Of a stretch of 63,371 nt of DNA, positions 56,404-63,371 are shown one piece after another. The position numbers were made by a program, and so were the translations under genes. Location of the stretch: contig JAEDCW010000003.1 in assembly GCA_016293975.1 (NCBI GenBank), positions 1 through 63,371 of the forward strand, read 5' to 3'. Origin of the DNA: Clostridia bacterium. Lineage in GTDB: Bacteria > Bacillota > Clostridia > Christensenellales > CAG-138. The notes under the pieces were generated by a model. The model was not told the DNA's origin, ran no database searches, and worked only from the letters and a program-made list of their open reading frames with translations. Position 1 is the first letter of the stretch. Every line of letters starts with the position of its first letter.

Positions 56404-58374
56404 ATGGATAACGAAAAAAAGTTTTACATTACAACGCCACTGTATTACCCAAGTGACAAGCTTCACATCGGTCATGCGTATACGACGGTTGCGGCGGATG
56501 CACTTGCGCGGTATAAGCGCGCGATGGGTTACGACGTATATTTTCTGACGGGCTCTGACGAGCATGGCCAGAAGATAGAGCGCAAGGCGAAGGCAAAGGG
56601 GCAGACGCCCAAGCAGTATGTAGACGATATAGTCGATACGTTTAAGGCACTTTGGAAGCTCCTAAACATATCAAATGACGGCTTTGTGAGGACAACGGAC
56701 GACTCTCACGTCAAGTGTGTGCAGAGCATATTCAAGCGCCTCTACGACCAGGGCGACATCTATAAGGCAAGCTATAAGGGTCACTACTGCACACCCTGCG
56801 AGGCATTCTGGCTAGAGCGTCAGCTAACAGACGGCAATTGTTGTCCCGATTGCGGCGGAAAGACAGAGGTCGTTGAGGAGGAGAGCTACTTCCTTAAGGT
56901 CAGCAAGTATGCGCCCGCACTCATAGAGCACATAAAGACGCATCCCGAGTTCATACAGCCCGTATCTCGAGCAAATGAGATGCTCAACAACTTCCTGCTT
57001 CCGGGACTTGAGGATCTCTGTATATCAAGGACTACGTTTAAGTGGGGGATACCCGTAACATTCGACGATAAGCATGTCGTCTACGTCTGGATTGACGCGC
57101 TTTCCGGCTATATTTCACACCTCGGCTACGCGGGCGATGATACGTTGAAGTTCGACAGATACTGGCCTGCGGATGTGCATCTTGTAGGCAAGGAGATTGT
57201 GCGCTTCCACACAATTATTTGGCCGATTATACTCATGGCGCTGGGTCTGCCGCTTCCCAAGCAGGTTTTCGGACACGGCTGGCTGGTGCTTAACGGCGGC
57301 AAGATGTCAAAATCCAAGGGTAACGTTGTAGACCCGACTAAGCTCGTAGAGCGTTACGGCGTAGATGCGATACGCTACTTCCTGCTGAGAGAAGTTCCCT
57401 TCGGCTCGGACGGCGTGTTCACGAATGAGGCGCTTATTGCGAGGATAAATACAGACCTAGCAAACGACTTCGGTAACCTGCTCTCAAGGACTACGACGAT
57501 GATAGAGAAGTATTGCGGCGGTAAGATTCCCACGCACGATGAGGCGGCTCCCGAGGACGAAGTGCTTATTGCGCTTGCAAGCAGGCTACCTAAGGCCGTT
57601 GAGGACAGGATGAACGAGCTTAAACTGCCTGAAGCTCTGCAGGAGATTTGGAAGCTGATAGGCGCTTGCAACAAGTACATAGACGTGACCTGCCCGTGGA
57701 TACTCGCCAAGAACGAGGACTCCAAGGAGAGGCTCAACACCGTGCTCTACAACCTCGCAGAATGCCTCAGAATAAGCTGCACGCTGCTCAAGGCATTCTT
57801 GCCCGAGACGGCCGCAAAAGCGCTTGAGAGGCTCGGTGAGAATGCAGAAGAGGCACATATCGACGGCTTGTGCTTCTACGGCCTGCCCGTAGGAAGCACC
57901 GTACAATCGGGCGCACCGCTCTTCCCGAGGATTGATATGAAGAAGGAGCTCGAGGAGCTTGAGAAGCTCAATCCCGCAGGTTCACAGGGCGAAGAGGAGC
58001 CCAGGGCGGAGAAGCCCGAGGAGAAAAAGCCTGAAGAGAATAAGCCCATAATAGACTACGAGGACTTTGCGAAGCTTGATTTGAGACTTGCCAAGGTTAT
58101 CGCCTGTGAGCCTGTTAAGAAGTCGTCACATCTGCTTAATCTCACGCTTCAGGTGGGCGAGGAGACGAGGACCGTTCTAAGCGGTATAAAGGATTACTAC
58201 ACGCCCGATGAGCTCATAGGCAAGACGGTAGTCATAGTTGCAAACCTCAAGCCGAGAAAAATGTGCGGCATTGAGAGCAACGGAATGATACTCTGTGCTT
58301 CGGACGAGGGTGACGCGCATCTGACAGCACTCACGACTATGACAGAATTTGAAAGCGGAGCTAAAGTGAGATAG
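56404..58374 (+). CDS. metG: methionine--tRNA ligase with a C-terminal tRNA-binding (Trbp111/EMAP-like) domain
   Basis: ..PLYYPSDKLHIGHAY.. (HIGH), KMSKS, zinc knuckle CTPC..CPDCGG. C-terminal ..FAKLDLRLAKV.. Confidence 0.96.
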   Translation: MDNEKKFYITTPLYYPSDKLHIGHAYTTVAADALARYKRAMGYDVYFLTGSDEHGQKIERKAKAKGQTPKQYVDDIVDTFKALWKLLNISNDGFVRTTDDSHVKCVQSIFKRLYDQGDIYKASYKGHYCTPCEAFWLERQLTDGNCCPDCGGKTEVVEEESYFLKVSKYAPALIEHIKTHPEFIQPVSRANEMLNNFLLPGLEDLCISRTTFKWGIPVTFDDKHVVYVWIDALSGYISHLGYAGDDTLKFDRYWPADVHLVGKEIVRFHTIIWPIILMALGLPLPKQVFGHGWLVLNGGKMSKSKGNVVDPTKLVERYGVDAIRYFLLREVPFGSDGVFTNEALIARINTDLANDFGNLLSRTTTMIEKYCGGKIPTHDEAAPEDEVLIALASRLPKAVEDRMNELKLPEALQEIWKLIGACNKYIDVTCPWILAKNEDSKERLNTVLYNLAECLRISCTLLKAFLPETAAKALERLGENAEEAHIDGLCFYGLPVGSTVQSGAPLFPRIDMKKELEELEKLNPAGSQGEEEPRAEKPEEKKPEENKPIIDYEDFAKLDLRLAKVIACEPVKKSSHLLNLTLQVGEETRTVLSGIKDYYTPDELIGKTVVIVANLKPRKMCGIESNGMILCASDEGDAHLTALTTMTEFESGAKVR

Positions 58375-58378
58375 AGAT

Positions 58379-58921
58379 ATGATCTACAGCAGAGAGTATG
58401 CGCTCAAGGACGGCTCAACACTGCTCATAAGGGAAGCACGTCCCGAGGATGCGGATAAATGTTTAGCCCATTTGTCTGCAGTCGCAGAAGAGAGCCCGTA
58501 TTTGCTTATCACGAGGGAAGCGGTGCAAAGAATAACCCTCGATATGGAGGAAGAGCTTTTGCGTAAACGCTGCGAGAGCGAGAGTTCGGTGATGCTCGTA
58601 GGAGTGATAGGTGATGAAATCGTATGCATTGCCAACTTCGACATAATGGCAAATCCGCGGCTCAAGCACAATGCGTCGGTGGGTATCAGTGTCAGGTCGC
58701 ACCATTGGGGCAAGGGCATAGGTACATGCTTCTTCACCACATTTAGGGAGATTGCTGAGAATAACGGCGTGAAGAATATTTTCCTCGGCGTGTATAGCAA
58801 TAACGAGCGAGGCATTGCCCTCTACGCAAAGATGGGCTTTAAAGAAACCGGCATACTGAAGAACAGGATACTATCCGGGGAAGAATACAACGACGAGATA
58901 GTAATGCAATTGGAGATCTAA
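58379..58921 (+). CDS. GNAT-family N-acetyltransferase
   Basis: 180 aa with acetyl-CoA loop ..HHWGKGIGTCF.. Confidence 0.75.
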   Translation: MIYSREYALKDGSTLLIREARPEDADKCLAHLSAVAEESPYLLITREAVQRITLDMEEELLRKRCESESSVMLVGVIGDEIVCIANFDIMANPRLKHNASVGISVRSHHWGKGIGTCFFTTFREIAENNGVKNIFLGVYSNNERGIALYAKMGFKETGILKNRILSGEEYNDEIVMQLEI

Positions 58922-59688
58922 TGGGAATATTCGACACACATGCACATCTGACGGACGAACGCTTTGACGGGGACAGGGATTCGCTTATAGAGTCCCTGCC
59001 CTCATTAGGAGTTGATCTTGTAATGGATGTCGCCTGCGATGTGAGAGAGGTACAGGCTACACTCGAACTTGCAAATCGCTACCCATTCGTATATGCGGCG
59101 GTCGGTATGCATCCGCATATTGCGGCGGAGACGAAGCAGGAGCATCTCGACGCCATAAGGCGCATCGTGCGCGAGCCTAAGGTTATGGCGATAGGCGAGA
59201 TAGGGCTCGATTACTACTACGACTTTGCGCCGAGAGATGTTCAAAAGAAGTGGTTTATCGCTCAGCTTGAGCTTGCACGTGAACTTGATATGCCTGTCAT
59301 ACTGCACATAAGGGAAGCTTTCGGCGACTGCATGGATATTCTCCGCGCCCATAAGGGCATAAGGGGCGTTATGCACTGCTATTCGGGAAGCGTGGAGACG
59401 GCGGCGGAGTGCCTAGATTTGGGTTATTACATAGCGCTTGGTGGGTCGGTGACATTTAAGAATGCAAACAAGCTTTTGGATGTCGCACGCTTTATACCCG
59501 ATGACAGACTTCTGCTCGAAACAGATTGCCCATATATGACGCCAGTTCCGTACAGGGGCGAGCGCAATGACCCGACATACACGAGGTTTACGGCGAGACG
59601 TATTGCAGAGCTTCGGGAAAAGGACACAGACGAGCTGTGCGATATAACGAACAAAAACGGCAGGGAGCTTTTTGGGATAAGCTTGTAG
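58921..59688 (+). CDS. tatD: TatD-family metal-dependent hydrolase
   Basis: MGIFDTHAHL.. ..GEIGLDYYY.. ..LETDCPYM.. Canonical metG-tatD neighbourhood. Confidence 0.9.
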   Translation: MGIFDTHAHLTDERFDGDRDSLIESLPSLGVDLVMDVACDVREVQATLELANRYPFVYAAVGMHPHIAAETKQEHLDAIRRIVREPKVMAIGEIGLDYYYDFAPRDVQKKWFIAQLELARELDMPVILHIREAFGDCMDILRAHKGIRGVMHCYSGSVETAAECLDLGYYIALGGSVTFKNANKLLDVARFIPDDRLLLETDCPYMTPVPYRGERNDPTYTRFTARRIAELREKDTDELCDITNKNGRELFGISL

Positions 59689-59891
59689 GGACGTACATAT
59701 GAAACATATGGTATTACTCGATTCGGGCAGACAGGCTTGTCTGCCTTTGTTGCGTGTGTGAGAGGCGCATGGCAAGCTACATAATCGGCAGCCTCTTCCC
59801 TCACAAAAACGCACCATCGTCTTTTCCGATGATGCGTTTATAAGCTGACTACAGCATTTCTGCCTGAATCAGACAGGTTGGGGACTGTCTT

Positions 59892-60887
59892 TTATTTCGC
59901 CTGGCTAACCGCAACTGCAACAGCTACAGTCGCGCCTACCATCGGGTTGTTGCCCATTCCGATAAGTCCCATCATCTCGACGTGTGCCGGGACGGAGGAG
60001 GAGCCTGCGAACTGTGCATCGGAATGCATCCTGCCCATGGTGTCCGTCATACCGTAGGAAGCGGGGCCTGCAGCAACATTGTCGGGATGCAGAGTTCTAC
60101 CCGTGCCGCCGCCGGAAGCGACCGAGAAATACTTCTTGCCGTTTTCCACGCACCACTTCTTGTATGTGCCTGCAACGGGATGCTGGAACCTCGTGGGGTT
60201 AGTCGAGTTGCCCGTTATAGATACGTCAACGCTCTCGTGGCGCATTATCGCAACGCCCTCATTGACATCATCTGCACCGTAACAGCGGACAGCCGCGCGC
60301 TCACCGTTTGAGAACGCTCTCGTGTATGTGATGTTCAGCTCGCCGGTGTACTGATTGTACTCGGTCTCACAATATGTGAAGCCGTTGATTCTGCTTATGA
60401 TATATGCCGCATCCTTGCCAAGACCGTTAAGTATGACCTGAAGCGGTACCTTGCGCACCTTGTTTGCGGTGCGAGCGATGCCTATTGCGCCCTCTGCGGC
60501 GGCAAAGCTCTCGTGACCCGCGAGGAATGCAAAGCACTTTGTGTTGTCATCCAAGAGCATGGCGGCGAGATTGCCGTGACCGATACCGACCTTACGCTGA
60601 TCGGCTACAGAGCCCTTTATGCAGAACGCTTGCAGACCAAGACCGATATTCTCTGCGGCCTGTGATGCGGAGGCAGAGCCTTTTTTAATTGCGATTGCTG
60701 CGCCGAGCGTGTACGCCCAAACTGCGTTCTCAAACGCGATGGGCTGTATACCCAAAACTATCGAGCGGACATCAATGCCCTTTTCCTCGCAAATCTTCTG
60801 CGCTTCTTCAAGATTTTCAATGCCGTACTGTTTCATCTCGGCGTTGAGCTTGTCAATTCTTCTTTCGTAGCCTTCAAAGGTAATCAT
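59892..60887 (-). CDS. conserved protein of unknown function carrying the GGGTGRT motif ('GGGtGRT protein' family)
   Basis: 331 aa from the ATG after GAGGAGGG. ..YFSVASGGGTGRTLHPDN.. Gly/Ala-rich, with no recognisable catalytic motif. Confidence 0.6.
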   Translation of the reverse strand: MITFEGYERRIDKLNAEMKQYGIENLEEAQKICEEKGIDVRSIVLGIQPIAFENAVWAYTLGAAIAIKKGSASASQAAENIGLGLQAFCIKGSVADQRKVGIGHGNLAAMLLDDNTKCFAFLAGHESFAAAEGAIGIARTANKVRKVPLQVILNGLGKDAAYIISRINGFTYCETEYNQYTGELNITYTRAFSNGERAAVRCYGADDVNEGVAIMRHESVDVSITGNSTNPTRFQHPVAGTYKKWCVENGKKYFSVASGGGTGRTLHPDNVAAGPASYGMTDTMGRMHSDAQFAGSSSVPAHVEMMGLIGMGNNPMVGATVAVAVAVSQAK

Positions 60888-60897
60888 GTGACCCTCC

Positions 60898-61590
60898 TCA
60901 CTCATGACGCGGGTCAATAACCTTGACCGCTTCGTTAAAGCGTCCGTACACGCCTATGTTCTTTTCGTATGCCTCATTGGGGCTCATGCCTTTCTTGATG
61001 GCATCCATCATCTTGCCGATGCTGAGGAAACGATAGCCGATTATCTCGTTGTTTTCGTCGAGACCTACGTTAAGTACATAGCCCTCAGTCATTTCGAGAT
61101 AACGCGCGCCTTTTGCCTTTGTAGAGAACATAGTGCCGACCTGTGAACGAAGTCCCTTGCCCAAATCTTCAAGACCTGCGCCTACGGGAAGTCCGTTTTC
61201 AGAGAATGCGCTCTGTGTCCTGCCGTAAACTATCTGCAGGAAGATCTCTCTCATGGCGACGTTTATCGCATCACATACAAGGTCTGTGTTCAACGCTTCG
61301 AGTATCGTTTTTCCTACGAGCACCTCAGATGCCATTGCTGCGGAATGTGTCATGCCCGAGCAACCTATCGTTTCAACGAGAGCTTCCTCGATTATGCCGT
61401 TCTTGACGTTGAGGGTGAGCTTGCATGCACCTTGCTGGGGAGCACATCCGCCTACGCCGTGTGTAAGTCCGCTTATCTGCGAAATCTCTTTAGCCTTGAC
61501 CCATGAACCCTCTTCGGGTATGGGAGCAGGGCCGTGAACTGCGCCCTTAGTGACGCAGCACATATTCTGTACCTCGTGGGTATACTCCAT
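60898..61590 (-). CDS. NifU/IscU-N-like Fe-S scaffold-type protein with a C-terminal extension
   Basis: 230 aa. Cys positions (..GVGGCAPQQGAC.., ..ETIGCSGMTHSAA..) resemble the IscU/NifU N-domain. Its stop lies inside the SD of the downstream gene. Confidence 0.55.
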   Translation of the reverse strand: MEYTHEVQNMCCVTKGAVHGPAPIPEEGSWVKAKEISQISGLTHGVGGCAPQQGACKLTLNVKNGIIEEALVETIGCSGMTHSAAMASEVLVGKTILEALNTDLVCDAINVAMREIFLQIVYGRTQSAFSENGLPVGAGLEDLGKGLRSQVGTMFSTKAKGARYLEMTEGYVLNVGLDENNEIIGYRFLSIGKMMDAIKKGMSPNEAYEKNIGVYGRFNEAVKVIDPRHE

Positions 61591-61697
61591 AGTTATATCC
61601 TCCATAATTAAATCATCAGAAGTATATCATATCTTGTGCCGAAATCAAGAAAAACACCCAAACATTCGACGGTTTTTACGTGCTTTTCACATTCCGA

Positions 61698-62410
61698 TTA
61701 CATGATGGGAATTATATCCTTAAACAGTATGTCATTCCAATCTTCATACGCTTCTTCAAGGCAGATATTGTTGTTGTGCATGTAGGTGGCAAGCGCTGTA
61801 CCGACGTATCTGTAATGCCACGGCTCGAACTTTACGCCCGTTATGTCCTCCTTGCCGACCTGATATCTCAGTACAAACCGAATTCGTAAGCGTTTGCAAG
61901 CAGCCACTGCGCTTCGGGGGATTCGTGGTCGTAGATTATGCCTACGCCGACTATGCCGATGTCGAATGCAAGTCCCGTCCTGTGTTCACTGGCTTCGGGC
62001 GGTACTGCGCCCATGTATTCGGAGTCGGATTCATCCTGCTTGGAAATAGACCTTTGATACAGATAGAGCTGTGACGAAAGCGGCCTGTAGGCGCTCTGTA
62101 TGTACAGTTTACCATGGCCCTGAGCACACATTGCATTTGCCATATCCGAAATCGCCATTGCCGTATCGCGCGAAGCCCTTATGTGCCTGGATTTTAGCGT
62201 CACGGCGTTGGGGTTGATAATTCTCGTGAGGTAAACGAGGTCACTCGGTACATACTCGTCTTCGAGCGTATTCTCGGTGTTCACAAGCATCGTACTGTTG
62301 TATTGGGATAACGCCTCCATGCGCGCGATCATTCTGCTTCTGTTGGGCAGCAAGTTACTGTCGGCGTTTGTCTGCGCACACAAAAAAGAAGAGGCGTATA
62401 TTGCTAACAA
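61698..62410 (-). pseudogene. VanY/M15B-type D-alanyl-D-alanine carboxypeptidase split by a 1-nt frameshift
   Basis: The upstream frame ends ..SEHRTGLAFDI...WLLANAYEFGLY*. The downstream frame continues ..FVLRYQVGKEDITGVKFEPWHYRYVG.. Restoring one T in GGTTTGTA (plus-strand A-run 61875-61877) gives a continuous YEFGFVLRY. Confidence 0.75.
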
Positions 62411-62478
62411 TACGCCTACTGTAATTATTTTTGCCGTTAGCCTCGGTAGTTTAATGTCGAAATTCTACCATGTTTTGT

Positions 62479-63371
62479 TTAAACAGTCAAAGAAATCAGC
62501 GTTTCATAGAGCTTTTTATACTCCTGTGCCGACGCCTCCCAGCCGAACTTTTCCGCCATAGCGCGCCTTACGAGTTTGCTGTACGCCTTCTTGTCGCGAT
62601 AGCATTCATCGGCCCGTTCAAGCGCTCCAAATAGGTCGCTCACGGTGAAGTTTGTGAATGTAAAGCCTGTACCCTCGCTTGTAAACTTGTTGTAGGGGGC
62701 AACGCTGTCGTAGAGCCCACCCGTCTCATGTACTATAGGTGGAGTGCCATAGCGCATGGCTATGAGCTGTGATATTCCGCACGGTTCGGATTCGGACGGC
62801 ATAAGGAAGAAGTCCGCACCGGCGTATATGCGCCTTGCGATGGGGTCGCTGTACTTGTCCAAAAATGCAAAGCGCGTGGGATGCTCGTTTGAAAGCCGAT
62901 GGAAGTAATCCTCTATTGCGCTGTCACCCGTGCCGAGCACGGCGAGCTGAAAATCTGTGTCGAGAAGCTGATTTGTGCCCTGCATAAGCAGACTAAAGCC
63001 CTTCTGATATGTCAGTCTGCTGACAACGCCCAAAAGAGGAGCGTCTGTATCGTCGTCGAGACCAAGCTCGCGTCTGAGTGCGGATTTGCATACCGCCTTG
63101 TTTGCACGGCTTCTGATATCGTAATTTGCGGTGAGCGCGCGATCGGTAGAGGGGTTGAAATCGCGTCTGTCTATGCCGTTGAGTATTCCGACAAGTGTGT
63201 TTCGTCTGCATTGCAGAAGCCCGTCGAGGCCCTCGCCCTTTTCGGGGTAGAGTATCTCTTTTGCGTAGGTCGGGGAGACGGTCGACACGAAGTCGCTGTA
63301 GATTATGCCTGCCTTCATGAAACTCACGCCGCCGTAGTATTCTATGCCCTCGTATGTGAGGTACTTGGGGT
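62479..63371 (-). CDS. glgA: glycogen synthase, C-terminal ~297 aa (5' end outside window)
   Basis: The frame is open to the window edge (PKYLTYEGIEYYGGVSFMKAGIIYSD..TVSPTYAKEI..). ..LLGVVSRLTYQKG.. ..LMPSESEPCGISQL.. Confidence 0.93.
   Translation of the reverse strand, partial: PKYLTYEGIEYYGGVSFMKAGIIYSDFVSTVSPTYAKEILYPEKGEGLDGLLQCRRNTLVGILNGIDRRDFNPSTDRALTANYDIRSRANKAVCKSALRRELGLDDDTDAPLLGVVSRLTYQKGFSLLMQGTNQLLDTDFQLAVLGTGDSAIEDYFHRLSNEHPTRFAFLDKYSDPIARRIYAGADFFLMPSESEPCGISQLIAMRYGTPPIVHETGGLYDSVAPYNKFTSEGTGFTFTNFTVSDLFGALERADECYRDKKAYSKLVRRAMAEKFGWEASAQEYKKLYETLISLTV

Overview
A 63.4-kb chromosomal window from a moderate-GC Firmicute. Gene content and order suggest a Clostridia, Oscillospiraceae/Ruminococcaceae-type anaerobe, but that taxonomy is inference only. 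Most of it is core translation machinery on the + strand: argS (partial), serS, tRNA-Glu(CTC), tRNA-Gly(CCC)-tuf, and a complete S10-spc block rpsJ...rplO-secY-adk-map-infA-rpmJ (29.4-42.0 kb). This is followed by gdpP-rplI-dnaB, pepF, rpmG-secE-nusG-rplK-rplA and a Met T-box-metG-GNAT-tatD unit. Glycogen/maltodextrin genes are scattered (glgP, pgcA, malQ, glgA partial). A TPP riboswitch controls a ThiT-type transporter. I saw no rRNA, CRISPR array, IS element, transposase or integrase. Four accessory or poorly understood parts stand out. (1) A 3.1-12 kb island next to tRNA-Glu holds an Sfp-type PPTase and an orphan podovirus-like capsid/scaffold/holin plus adaptor/tail-hub gene set. The set is split by a DMT transporter and lacks portal, terminase, lysin and integrase; a DUF362-ferredoxin gene closes the island. 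(2) A translationally coupled operon encodes a TlpA-like thioredoxin lipoprotein, a tiny CXXC membrane protein and a membrane polyferredoxin. (3) An uncharacterised 'GGGtGRT'-motif protein is paired with a NifU-like protein. (4) A VanY-type DD-carboxypeptidase is broken by a single-base frameshift in a homopolymer. There are also two unusually long AT-rich gene-free stretches, and several breaks in the canonical ribosomal superoperon order. All product calls come from reading the translations and from remembered family signatures. No database search was run.
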